Assembly: GCA_013002925.1 (NCBI GenBank)
Contig: JABDLQ010000184.1
Coordinates: 1-43,889 of the forward strand
Origin: Gammaproteobacteria bacterium
GTDB lineage: Bacteria > Pseudomonadota > Gammaproteobacteria > Steroidobacterales > SZUA-146
Reading direction: 5' to 3'
Length of the DNA: 43,889 bases
Each line of letters begins with the position of its first letter. Position 1 is the stretch's first letter. Positions 25,586 to 34,443 of the stretch are shown piece by piece. The position numbers were made by a program, and so were the translations under genes. The notes under the pieces were generated by a model. It made no database searches. It saw only the letters and a program-made list of their open reading frames with translations, and was not told the DNA's origin.

Positions 25586-26815
25586 TTAAAGATCTTCCAG
25601 GTGTCTGAGCTGGGGCTGAGGCATTTCACTGTCCTGCACTGTCAGACCGGTTTCTGATTCATAAATTTCTCTGAGCAGCCGCCGCCATTTGTCGTATTGC
25701 TGGTCAGCCGTTCCGGTCAGTTCAATGGTACGGCCCTCTACCTCAACGAGCATCGGCTGCACCTCCTGGACGAAAGAGTCCGCCAGTTCCTTGAGCGCAA
25801 CAGCATGCAAATTGGTCTGTTTGCTGAGGTCATAACCACCTTTCACCAGATTACCCCCCACCACCATAGCGGCACGACCGCCATAGTATTCGGCAGCATT
25901 GTCCGCTTTGTTTTGCATCACGGCGCCACCAACCGCTACCAGAACACCAGCGGCCATGGTTAATCGGGACGTTCTCACCAACTCGCGCAGTGCGATGGTC
26001 TCCTCATAACTGTAACGCCGCCAGTCCTCGTAGGGCTGAGACATTTTATTGTGGAAGCCCTCGTAATGTTCATCAAGTATGTCGATGAATGCGTATTCAC
26101 GGTCGCGAATTTTGCCTACGCGACCCAACATTGGGTCATCTTCCGCTGGCAATCGTTTGATATCCACATACCCGTTGTCATCAACTTCATAATATTCAGA
26201 GTACGCATAAGGAGAAATTTCGGCGGCAAATTTAAGCTTGGAAATGGTGCGAATCCGTTCCAGTTCGCCGGCATCCAACTCACGGCGAAGCGCCAGCAGG
26301 TCGTTGGAAATATTATTGTACAGGTCCTGAAAAGGCTCTTCATTGCCGGCAACCTCTTCCTCATAGGACATGCCCGACGCAGAGTCCGAGTAACGTTTTT
26401 CCAGCCATAAGCGCCCACTGGCATCACTTGCACGAACATCGACGACTAATACCTCGCCGTCGGACTTAATGATGTCACCACCAATGAGCAAATCGACCGC
26501 TTCGGTGGGTCGCGGCAAAATTCGCACTGCCCCCCAGTTTTCAGTTGCTTCCAGCGTGCGGCGTAACTCGTAGGGTATGTAGGCGCTTTCAGCATTGCGT
26601 ACCCTGGCGTTTATAAACTTTTTCTCGGCTTTTTTCTGATCTTCGGGCACGCCAGGATCGAACATCAGAATTCCGATATCCAACAATTGCTCTTCTGGCA
26701 ACACTTCGGCCGCTTTTATGGCAGGCTCGCTGGAAACGTTGACAACCGTGGTAGATACGCACCCCGTCGTTGCTGCAAGCAGCAAAATAAAAATTAGACT
26801 GTTAGTTTGTCTCAA
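25586..26815 (-). CDS. Lipoprotein of unknown function (409 aa)
   Basis: The signal peptide plus lipobox is LLLAATTGC. It has an apparent TTG start, with AGGAG 12 nt upstream. A Gly/Ala-rich hydrophobic patch (MAAGVLVAVGGAVM...MVVGGNLVKGG) lies near the C-terminus. Confidence 0.65.
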   Translation of the reverse strand: MRQTNSLIFILLLAATTGCVSTTVVNVSSEPAIKAAEVLPEEQLLDIGILMFDPGVPEDQKKAEKKFINARVRNAESAYIPYELRRTLEATENWGAVRILPRPTEAVDLLIGGDIIKSDGEVLVVDVRASDASGRLWLEKRYSDSASGMSYEEEVAGNEEPFQDLYNNISNDLLALRRELDAGELERIRTISKLKFAAEISPYAYSEYYEVDDNGYVDIKRLPAEDDPMLGRVGKIRDREYAFIDILDEHYEGFHNKMSQPYEDWRRYSYEETIALRELVRTSRLTMAAGVLVAVGGAVMQNKADNAAEYYGGRAAMVVGGNLVKGGYDLSKQTNLHAVALKELADSFVQEVQPMLVEVEGRTIELTGTADQQYDKWRRLLREIYESETGLTVQDSEMPQPQLRHLEDL

Positions 26816-26827
26816 CTTGATTTTTCA

Positions 26828-26910
26828 CTCCTGGTTTACTGCTACGGGTTGACTACTACCAGTTTACGACTCCTGGTTTAGTGCTCCTGGTTTAGTACTC
26901 CTGGTAAAAC
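26828..26910. repeat. Six-unit 14-bp tandem repeat (CTCCTGGTTTAGTG on +, CACTAAACCAGGAG on the coding - strand) filling the intergenic gap
   Basis: Units start at 26828, 26842, 26856, 26870, 26884 and 26898. Units 1, 4 and 5 are perfect or near-perfect and unit 6 is truncated (CTCCTGGTAAAAC). Units 2 and 3 are degenerate (9/14 and 8/14 matches). Confidence 0.7.
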
Positions 26911-26911
26911 A

Positions 26912-28498
26912 TCAATTACCGGTCGCATTGCGGTAATTACGATACTCCTCCCAAAGCCTGGCACGTAACACCGGATCGGCTTCCGCCTGCGCCGCTTCGC
27001 GCAGTTGCCGGGCCACGACATCATCACCCTGCGGATCCGGTAAGTCCCCCGGGTCCACTGGTGCGTTATTGCCGGTTCCCCGCATACCGTTACTGTCTTC
27101 TTCACCGCCCGATGTACGCGCAGTGCGTTGCGTGCCGGTTTCATTTGTGGGATCACCCTGGCCCATCGCTACCGAGCCACTGCCGCCCGGTTCCGGTGAT
27201 CCCGCAGGATCGAAGCCTTCGGTTCCGCCACCCATTTGTCCATCGCCTTTGCGCATGGCCTGCCGCTCTTCTGACAATTCACCGTCAAAATCTGCCAGCG
27301 TACGGTCCAACTCTCCCTCCAGCTCACCCACTTCGCGGCGCGTGCTGCGGCGGCTGGCTGGCAGATTTTGTGTGTCAGAACGACGCGCCAGTACCTCGCG
27401 GGCACTCTCATATTCCGGGGAATTAAAGTCCGGCAATCCGCCCTGTTCGATCACACTGGCGAGGACCTCGACAGACATCTCGAGAAACTCCACCATTGCT
27501 TCCATATCCGTGAACACCAGCATGCTGTCATCGTTCGCATCCGCCGTATCTTCCGGAATATAGCCAAGCTCGACTGCTGCTGTAATCAAGGCGTTGCGAG
27601 CAGCCATCAGATCTTCCGCCGCTTTGCTTAGCGCTTCCCGCGCAGTTTGTACCTCTTCACCATCATCCGGCGCAGCTTTAACTTCAGGATCAAGATCGGC
27701 GCTGACGCTTTCCAGTCGCTCACTTCCTGATTTCAAATCGTCACTGGCCCGGCGCTCACGTTTGCGTTGTTCTTTTGCTGCACGCCGTTCTGCCCGACTT
27801 TGCTTCTGTTGGGCAGCAGCCTCAGCACTGGCTGCGCTTTCCGCCTCAAGCGCTTCCTGTGCCTCTTTCACAGATGCCGCGGCTCTTGCCACTGCCGCGG
27901 CCGCCTGGGCCACCGGATCTGCGCTACCGCCGGCCGCAGGCTCTGCAAATGGATCGTAATTTGGCTCGTCACTGCTGCTCGCAGATGCTTCCGCCTGCTC
28001 TTCGCTGGCGTCATCTGTCGACTCTCCGCCTTCATTCTTATCACGCTCGGCGATCTTTTCCCGCGCCCGTGCCATCGCCACGGCCGCCCGGGATACTGCA
28101 TCTGCAGCGCTGGCGACCGCCTCACCCACTTCAGCCAGTTCCTGATCACCACTGGAGGGGTCATTGGCTGATTCCCTGGCATCGTTTCCGCTCTGCCCCT
28201 GCTCCTGCGATTTGTCCCCTTGATTGGCCGTGCGTTCCCCCTGGCTTGAAGAGCTTGAATCCGACGAGCTGCTGTCACCACTCTGGCTCGATGGCGTAGA
28301 TGGGGAGCTTGACGGAGAGCTTGATGGCGAACTGGATGGAGCGCTTGGTGGAGCGCTTGATGGTGAGCTGCTGGGACTGGAACTTGGCGACGGCATGCCG
28401 CTACCCGGCTTTGACGTCTGAGTCTTGCACCCCGTAGATATCAACAAGAATGTGGCAAGCACAGCTGCGAAGATTCCGCGCGTTATCAGACGATGCAT
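26912..28498 (-). CDS. Low-complexity lipoprotein (Ser/Pro-rich linker, then acidic Ala/Glu-rich helical regions)
   Basis: The ORF-track ORF runs to 28753. I prefer the ATG at 28498 (MHRLITRGIFAAVLATFLLISTGC, signal peptide plus lipobox), with AGGAGA upstream. Then comes SSSPSSSPSSAPPSAPSSSPSSSPSSSPSTPSS, followed by long A/E/D-rich sequence. The conserved-looking C-terminus is DDVVARQLREAAQAEADPVLRARLWEEYRNY. Confidence 0.65.
   Translation of the reverse strand: MHRLITRGIFAAVLATFLLISTGCKTQTSKPGSGMPSPSSSPSSSPSSAPPSAPSSSPSSSPSSSPSTPSSQSGDSSSSDSSSSSQGERTANQGDKSQEQGQSGNDARESANDPSSGDQELAEVGEAVASAADAVSRAAVAMARAREKIAERDKNEGGESTDDASEEQAEASASSSDEPNYDPFAEPAAGGSADPVAQAAAAVARAAASVKEAQEALEAESAASAEAAAQQKQSRAERRAAKEQRKRERRASDDLKSGSERLESVSADLDPEVKAAPDDGEEVQTAREALSKAAEDLMAARNALITAAVELGYIPEDTADANDDSMLVFTDMEAMVEFLEMSVEVLASVIEQGGLPDFNSPEYESAREVLARRSDTQNLPASRRSTRREVGELEGELDRTLADFDGELSEERQAMRKGDGQMGGGTEGFDPAGSPEPGGSGSVAMGQGDPTNETGTQRTARTSGGEEDSNGMRGTGNNAPVDPGDLPDPQGDDVVARQLREAAQAEADPVLRARLWEEYRNYRNATGN
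28290..28390. repeat. Imperfect 12-bp tandem repeats encoding the (S-S-S/A-P)n linker of the lipoprotein
   Basis: Units on the + strand, from 28305 onward: GAGCTTGACGGA, GAGCTTGATGGC, GAACTGGATGGA, GCGCTTGGTGGA, GCGCTTGATGGT. Confidence 0.65.
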
Positions 28499-28817
28499 GA
28501 GTGTCTCCTGGTAAGAACTCTCTATAGAGTAGACGGTCAAATCCGCAATTCGTTTCGCAGAAACATGAATTTTTACAGCTTTTTTGGCGTAAATCGACAA
28601 ATTATCGACGTATCTCAGTATGCCCGGAAAACCAGCTGTTAATTCATAAGCTTGGAGAGTCGTGAATAAGGTATTATATCGGGACGTGCACAAACTGTTA
28701 AATTCATGAATATCATGGCGATGGACGGAACTGGCCGGTTGGTTTAGCCTCAAATGATCAGAGTGCGGTCTGTTACCGCATCGGCGCCCGCATGAAATCG
28801 CCGAGGCATTATACGAG

Positions 28818-29498
28818 GTGTGCGACAGCGTGCCATGCTCATCGAAACAATTTTATCGCACCGGGCTGATAGTCTGGCTGCTTGTCTGTGTTAGCGGATG
28901 CGCTTCATCCAAAGACAAGCCGACGCCGCTGGATATCAACAGCAGCGTTCCGGTACCACTCGTAGAAAAAATGCCGGTTACCGCAAGGGTTGTGTTTTCA
29001 AAGGCACTTAACGAGTACGTGACCGTAGAGACACCTACTCGTGGCCGTTCCTGGGAAATCCGGCTGGGTAACACCAATCGCCGCGTATTTGAGGACATTC
29101 TCAACAGCCTGTTTGATGAGGTACTGGTGGCAGAAGGCACCGATGCGTCCGACAATTATGAGGCCGAGGCCGATTTTACCATCGTCCCGTCTGTTGATGA
29201 TTATGCAATGCTGACGTCAGGAGAATCCGGGAGCAAGTTTTATGCCGTCTCCATGCGTCATTTCCTTGACATTTATCGTGGCGACGGTGATCTTGCAGGA
29301 CGACTGGAAATAAATAGCTATGGGCGCAGCAGAGCCGCGCGCTTTACGAACGGCAGCGCAGAGATTGACCTGGCGACCGATGAGGCATTCCGGGATCTGG
29401 CGGTAACATTGATCGTGGAACTGCCTGATAAATTAAAGCAGGCCGGCTTGATCTCCGCAGCGTCACCAGCTGCGGCCGACCCCATCGAAAGCGAGTAA
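28818..29498 (+). CDS. Lipoprotein of unknown function (226 aa)
   Basis: GTG start (an alternative in-frame GTG is at 28830). The signal peptide plus lipobox is LLVCVSGCASS. No enzymatic motif was recognised. Confidence 0.65.
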   Translation: MCDSVPCSSKQFYRTGLIVWLLVCVSGCASSKDKPTPLDINSSVPVPLVEKMPVTARVVFSKALNEYVTVETPTRGRSWEIRLGNTNRRVFEDILNSLFDEVLVAEGTDASDNYEAEADFTIVPSVDDYAMLTSGESGSKFYAVSMRHFLDIYRGDGDLAGRLEINSYGRSRAARFTNGSAEIDLATDEAFRDLAVTLIVELPDKLKQAGLISAASPAAADPIESE

Positions 29499-29507
29499 CC
29501 CACGACT

Positions 29508-30179
29508 ATGAAGATGCCAACGAATTCACGAAACCTTATTCTCAGAACGATGCTTGTTGGCGCATTTTTAGTGCTCTGCTCGTGCGTCACGTCTCGCGTT
29601 GAATATGCATTTGAAAACACCATCGAAACCAATGTTGAAGATGGTGTGGTGCTGCTGACCAGAAGGGATAATGCGGAGTCTGAAACATCAGACAAATTTA
29701 TTGATTGCGTCAAAGGCAAACTCCGGGGTGGTGCCAATGGCATAGAACTCATGGACGAACAGATTTTTTTAGACAGTTTGTTTCCCTGGTTTGAACCGCG
29801 CGTTGCCCCATTGACCGCCGATGCCCTTCCGGATCTGCTGGGCAAACCCGGCGTAGCCAGTAAAGTAGAAGAAGCCGGCGTGCGTTACGTAATGTGGCTT
29901 GGCGGCGCTATGGAAGTATCAGACGGCGGCGGCTCGGTTAGCTGTGATATTAATGTCGGGTGTTTTGGCTTCACGTGGTGGGAAAATGGCGCGACCTATG
30001 AAGCGGCGATCTGGGACTTGAAAAACATGGAAAGCACCGGGGTGATCAGCGCCGATGTGACCGGCCGCTCCTATTTGCCTGCAATTATCATTCCGATCCC
30101 ACTCATCGCACCCACCAAATCGACTGCCTGTGATGACCTGGCGGATGAACTGAAAAAACAATTTGTATCTAACTCCTGA
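29508..30179 (+). CDS. Putative lipoprotein of unknown function (223 aa)
   Basis: It starts 9 nt after the previous stop. The signal peptide with lipobox-like motif is FLVLCSC. There are several Cys residues in the mature part. Confidence 0.65.
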   Translation: MKMPTNSRNLILRTMLVGAFLVLCSCVTSRVEYAFENTIETNVEDGVVLLTRRDNAESETSDKFIDCVKGKLRGGANGIELMDEQIFLDSLFPWFEPRVAPLTADALPDLLGKPGVASKVEEAGVRYVMWLGGAMEVSDGGGSVSCDINVGCFGFTWWENGATYEAAIWDLKNMESTGVISADVTGRSYLPAIIIPIPLIAPTKSTACDDLADELKKQFVSNS

Positions 30180-30208
30180 GTGCCAGATCCCAACCGCGGC
30201 CGCACGCA

Positions 30209-31660
30209 TCACGGCCGGTTACCGGTTGATTCTTCATTAGTATCCGCGTCCGTCTCAGGCGCTGGAGCCACAGCTACGCCATCGGTATTGCCGTCTAATA
30301 ACTTTGCGGCATCGTCTTCCTCGTTATCGGACACTACTGCCGCCTGACGTTTTGCAAGAATCGCATCCCTGGCACTGTCAAAATTATATTTTATCGTTTT
30401 TATGACATTATCCGTCGCGACTGGCACGCCATCGAGAATACGGGGGCGGTAACGGGACGACCTGACATTGGAGCGCAATGCGGTCATTAACTGGCTTGAA
30501 CCCACATCGTCTTTTATGACGTTCAGATCGCGCACGCGACCGTGTTTGTCTACAGTGAAAGAGAAAACAATTTCAAGGTTCCCCGGCGGCAGTCGCAGGA
30601 TCTGGCTGGGCCGCCAGTTGGCCACCGGATGTGCCTCAAACTCAAGCTCGAGCGGTTCATCAAACATACTATCCACATCGAGCGGTGTTTCGCGCACAGA
30701 ATTCAACTTGTTCCAGGCCTGCTCGTAGGCCTGCTGGGCGCGTCCGCGATGACCGCCACGCACATGCCAGTCACCCAGTCTGGCCCACGCACGAGCGACA
30801 TCCGCCATGTCAGGATATTCCTGGTTTTCATACAGGCTGATGACACGTTTCAGGGCGCGTACACCCTCCCCTGACATAACCCGGCGGTCGCGTGGAGTTT
30901 GTAAAAAACTGTTCGCTATATCGTTGAGAGGGCCTGCCAGCCGAATATCATTCGGCCCATAAGCGGCTTCCAGAATGGCCAGAGCACGACGGTATTGCTT
31001 ACGCGCGTGGTCTTCCCGTTGCATGATCATGTGCCATCTGGCCATGTGTTTGAGTGCCGGCGTTAACTGCGGCGTGTTGCCATAGTTCTCCTCATTTGCA
31101 TGCAGCAAAAAGCGCTGTTCACGGTCTGCTGCCGACAAATCTTCCGTCCAGGCATAGATCTCAGTCAGCCGATTCGATATGTTGGTTTGCACCAGGTTAA
31201 ATACACCCTCGTTACGATGAGTAATATCCTTGGCGCGCAGGTACACGCTGAGTGCTGCGTCATACTGCTTCAGGGTACTCAGGGTATTGCCGAGACCTTC
31301 CAGCGGTGCGCGTAATTCGCTGGCAAAGACCCCGATGTTTTCCTCCAGCAGCTTGATCGCGCGTTCAAAATGAGAGGCAGATTTCAATAACTGGTCGAGA
31401 CCGAAATATACGTGACCAAGACATGTAATCGGCGCTACCAGGTTCACCGACCCTTCACCCTCCGCTGCAGCCACAGCAGCGTGCCACTGGTCGCAGTGTT
31501 CACCGGCTTCTTCAAAACGATTTTCTTCGAGCAGATCGGCCGCCCGCGTAAACGCACTGACACGGTCATCGGAGGCCGCAGGTACACTCTCTGCCAGCGC
31601 ATGTGAACTACCGAAGATCACTATCGGCAGCAGCCGAATCATCAGGTTAATTTTTACCAT
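30209..31660 (-). CDS. Periplasmic TPR-repeat protein with a TonB C-terminal-like domain
   Basis: It has a cleavable-looking signal peptide (IRLLPIVIFGSSHALA). TPR-like helical repeats span aa ~40-330. The C-terminus (LEIVFSFTVDKHGRVRDLNVIKDDVGSSQLMTALRSNVRSSRYRPRILDGVPV) resembles the TonB_C fold. An acidic tail follows. Confidence 0.7.
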   Translation of the reverse strand: MVKINLMIRLLPIVIFGSSHALAESVPAASDDRVSAFTRAADLLEENRFEEAGEHCDQWHAAVAAAEGEGSVNLVAPITCLGHVYFGLDQLLKSASHFERAIKLLEENIGVFASELRAPLEGLGNTLSTLKQYDAALSVYLRAKDITHRNEGVFNLVQTNISNRLTEIYAWTEDLSAADREQRFLLHANEENYGNTPQLTPALKHMARWHMIMQREDHARKQYRRALAILEAAYGPNDIRLAGPLNDIANSFLQTPRDRRVMSGEGVRALKRVISLYENQEYPDMADVARAWARLGDWHVRGGHRGRAQQAYEQAWNKLNSVRETPLDVDSMFDEPLELEFEAHPVANWRPSQILRLPPGNLEIVFSFTVDKHGRVRDLNVIKDDVGSSQLMTALRSNVRSSRYRPRILDGVPVATDNVIKTIKYNFDSARDAILAKRQAAVVSDNEEDDAAKLLDGNTDGVAVAPAPETDADTNEESTGNRP

Positions 31661-33156
31661 TATTTTGAGTCTATGATTTTAATCTTCTGGCCAGGCTGCG
31701 GCTCGCCTTCCGGATAAAAGTTATTGAGCAAGCGCAACTGCTGCTCCACGTAGTCCGTCAACGGCGAGGCCGTCGCCAGGGTAGCCATGGTGGTTGCAGC
31801 ATTTGCTTCGATGACAGCAATATGCGGTATCCGCGCCGAACGCTTGCTCTGCCCGTCAAGCTTGCGCATCGATTTGATCGTGCTAAGCATGCGCCAGTCA
31901 TTGCGCTTCTGGATGGCTTCGGTTTGACTGGCACCGGCAAAAACATAGGCATAACGATCATCCGTAAACACCGCATATCGAACAGTTCCGCGCCCAAATG
32001 GAGAGTTTGCATTGGGCGCGAGCGCTGTATATCCCACCAGGCCATCGGCCTGCAACGTACGCCCGTCCTGCAAGTTGGACAAGCCGATTTTTTTCGTCAG
32101 TATATCTAATGGGCTCAAGGTTTCCTTCAGCGGTTGACGACTTAATATCAACAGTGACTTGCGATCCGGAGCACTACTTTCGAGACGGCCCCGGCTCTCG
32201 GCGATTGCCCAGCCCGACGGATAGACCATGCCAATGCCAAACCGTGCGTGCCGAAACTCATCTTCGGTTATCACCCCGCCGGCTCCCACTTTACCAAACA
32301 CCATGCCATCCAGATGGCTGAGGAACACATCCCTGTTATCAGCGAAAACTGCGGACTCAGTGAGTTTATCCGCCTCCTGCACCACTTTGCGCAAACGGGT
32401 GTCGTTGTCGGGGTGGGTTGAAAAAATCCCGTGATAGACGCGTGGTTCGCGTCCTTCTTCAGCTGCCCGTTCGATTTCAAAGGCTTCCTGATGCTTGAGA
32501 ATCTTGACCACCTCAATCATCGCACTCGATGGATAACCGGAGCGCACCAGATACTCTGCACCCTCACGATCTGCTTCCAGCTCTTTATCGCGGCCATAAC
32601 TGCTTATATAGGCACCGGCTATAGCACCAGTTGCGACACCAGCAACACCGCCGGTTGCCGCATTCGCAATCCCACCGAGCACATTCATCAATGCGCCACG
32701 ACTGTGTTGACCCACTGCATGGCGCGCGGTTACGTGACCAATTTCATGGCCCAGCACAGCCGCCAGCTCAGCTTCAGAATTCAGGTAAGCCAACAGTCCA
32801 CGTGATACGTAAATGTATCCGCCCGGAGTCGCAAAGGCGTTGACCAAATCACTATCGATCACTGTAAATGTATATTCTATATTTGGCCGGTCACTATTAC
32901 GCACCAGCTTTTGACCGATGTCATTGACATATTCCTGCAGATCGGGGTTCGGATACGCACGATACTGGGTCATGATCTGGGGATGCAGTTCCTGCCCCAT
33001 CTTGATCTCGTCTTCCTCCGACATCATCACGAAGTCGACCCCTCCGGTGGCAGGGTTGGTGGCGCAGGCGCCGAGCCCGGAAACCAGCATCAGAACCAGC
33101 GTCAGACGCGTGAACCACGACCCGAAAGCTGATACCTGTAAATCGTCGCGATGCAT
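31660..33156 (-). CDS. M48-family zinc metallopeptidase lipoprotein
   Basis: The ORF-track ORF runs to 33228. I prefer the ATG at 33156 (MHRDDLQV...), followed by the lipobox LVSGLGAC. The HExxH motif is HEIGHVTARH, with a downstream Glu-rich segment (ELEADREGAEY). Its stop overlaps the next start as TAATG. Confidence 0.85.
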   Translation of the reverse strand: MHRDDLQVSAFGSWFTRLTLVLMLVSGLGACATNPATGGVDFVMMSEEDEIKMGQELHPQIMTQYRAYPNPDLQEYVNDIGQKLVRNSDRPNIEYTFTVIDSDLVNAFATPGGYIYVSRGLLAYLNSEAELAAVLGHEIGHVTARHAVGQHSRGALMNVLGGIANAATGGVAGVATGAIAGAYISSYGRDKELEADREGAEYLVRSGYPSSAMIEVVKILKHQEAFEIERAAEEGREPRVYHGIFSTHPDNDTRLRKVVQEADKLTESAVFADNRDVFLSHLDGMVFGKVGAGGVITEDEFRHARFGIGMVYPSGWAIAESRGRLESSAPDRKSLLILSRQPLKETLSPLDILTKKIGLSNLQDGRTLQADGLVGYTALAPNANSPFGRGTVRYAVFTDDRYAYVFAGASQTEAIQKRNDWRMLSTIKSMRKLDGQSKRSARIPHIAVIEANAATTMATLATASPLTDYVEQQLRLLNNFYPEGEPQPGQKIKIIDSK

Positions 33157-33490
33157 AGTCAAGACCTCAATCTCCCGTTTCATGAATCCATACCAACCGC
33201 CTGTAAATACGATGATACACCGTCGCACGGGCGAATCCGGCTTTTGCCCAGCTCATATTATAATGACCTGAAATTACAGAAAATGTTTCAATTCCTGGCG
33301 CTTGCAGCCGACTCCGGGCCTCCGGGCCCGGATGAGGCGCCGTAGCACCAGGTGAAGTACGACACACCGGCATCAACCAATGACCGGAGGCAATCTGTCG
33401 TATTGCTGCTATAATCCGCGCAGCTTTTGTATCGGGAACCGCGCTGCGGTCACCGCCTGTTAACATTTCAACAGATAGATGAGGATAATT

Positions 33491-34384
33491 GTGAGCACAT
33501 TTGACCAGCAGTTAGAGAAAGTAAAAACCCAGGATGGATTTATCGCCGCACTGGATCAAAGTGGTGGCAGTACTCCCAAAGCGCTGCGACTTTATGGCAT
33601 CGGCGAAGACCAGTACTCGAATGACGAAGAAATGTTTGGCGTGGTGCACCAGATGCGCACGCGTATCATGACCAGCCCGAGCTTTGGTGGCAACCGCATT
33701 CTCGGCGCTATTTTGTTTGAGAACACCATGGACCGGGAAGTGGATGGAAAGCCCACTGCGCAGTATCTGTGGGAAGTTAAAAATGTTGTTCCCTTTTTGA
33801 AAGTGGATAAAGGCCTGGCCGATGCAGACCAGGGTGTGCAGCTCATGAAGCCGATACCGGATCTGGATGCCTTACTGAAAAAAGCCAAGTCCAAAGGTGT
33901 ATTCGGCACGAAGATGCGGTCAGTGATAAAAGAGGCAGATGCTGCGGGGATCAAGGCCATTGTTGCTCAGCAATTTGAAATTGGCCGGCAAATCTGTGCG
34001 GCCGGCCTGGTGCCCATCATCGAACCGGAAGTCGATATCCATTGCCCGCAAAAACGTGAAGCCGAGGCGTTGCTGAAAACCGAAATTCTTGGTGAGCTGG
34101 ACGCACTCGACGCACAGCAGCTGGTGATGCTGAAGCTGACGTTGCCCGAGGAACAGGATTTATACGAAGACTGTATAAAACACGCAAATGTCGTGCGGGT
34201 TGTTGCGCTGTCCGGCGGCTATAGCCGCACGGAAGCAAACGATCGACTGGCCAAAAACCACGGCATGGTTGCAAGTTTCTCCCGGGCACTGTCCGAAGGT
34301 TTGTCTGCGGCACAAAGTGATGCGGATTTTAATGCGATGCTCGATCAGTCGATCGAGAGCATTTTTCAGGCTTCGAAAACCTGA
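33491..34384 (+). CDS. fba: Fructose-bisphosphate aldolase, class I (bacterial ~297-aa type)
   Basis: The ORF-track ORF starts at 33479. A GTG at 33491 sits 5 nt after [27 protein letters not shown] and the overall length are characteristic of the bacterial class I FBA family. Confidence 0.88.
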   Translation: MSTFDQQLEKVKTQDGFIAALDQSGGSTPKALRLYGIGEDQYSNDEEMFGVVHQMRTRIMTSPSFGGNRILGAILFENTMDREVDGKPTAQYLWEVKNVVPFLKVDKGLADADQGVQLMKPIPDLDALLKKAKSKGVFGTKMRSVIKEADAAGIKAIVAQQFEIGRQICAAGLVPIIEPEVDIHCPQKREAEALLKTEILGELDALDAQQLVMLKLTLPEEQDLYEDCIKHANVVRVVALSGGYSRTEANDRLAKNHGMVASFSRALSEGLSAAQSDADFNAMLDQSIESIFQASKT

Positions 34385-34416
34385 CGATCGCCAGCTCTAC
34401 AGAAAGACCCGTCAAG

Positions 34417-34443
34417 AAAACCCGCCGCATGGCGGGTTTTTTT
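34417..34443. terminator. Bidirectional Rho-independent terminator AAAA-CCCGCC-gcat-GGCGGG-TTTTTTT
   Basis: A perfect 6-bp GC stem with a 4-nt loop is flanked by an A-run and a T-run. It lies between the convergent fba and AAA+ ATPase genes. Confidence 0.8.

Larger units (their letters stand above)
16619..28498 (-). other. Putative co-directional envelope gene cluster of 10 genes (core 16619-25517), detailed gene by gene below
   Basis: All genes are on the - strand. From the kinase gene downstream, junctions are overlaps or gaps of at most about 22 nt. Two upstream lipoprotein genes are separated by gaps of 68 and 96 nt. Confidence 0.6.

Noticed and set aside
26828-26910. Considered whether the 14-bp tandem repeats are a CRISPR array
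   Set aside because: The units are directly adjacent with no spacers and are far shorter than CRISPR repeats. No cas genes are present.
26878-27156. 92-aa - strand ORF overlapping the tandem-repeat region and the 3' end of the lipoprotein gene
   Set aside because: It is out of frame with the supported gene, gives an Arg-rich implausible translation, and begins inside the 14-bp repeat array.
27061-28421. Many long ORFs in other frames and on the other strand over the low-complexity lipoprotein gene (for example 27069-27563, 27594-27959, 27775-28299, 27868-28281)
   Set aside because: This is a compositional artefact of GC-rich repetitive sequence. Only the - strand frame has a signal peptide plus lipobox, an RBS and a non-degenerate C-terminus.
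16619-33228. Considered whether the cluster is a type VI secretion, Tol-Pal, TonB or flagellar stator locus
   Set aside because: No TssA-M/Hcp/VgrG, Pal/TolA/TolB/CpoB, TonB-dependent receptor or flagellar genes are present. Only the signalling and stator domain types are shared, so it is reported as a distinct candidate system.
33313-33331. Tandem TCCGGGCC-TCCGGGCC, forming a 7-bp GC hairpin in the M48/fba divergent region
   Set aside because: It is an isolated GC-rich stem with no U-tract and no repeat elsewhere in the window. There is not enough evidence for a regulatory or REP element.
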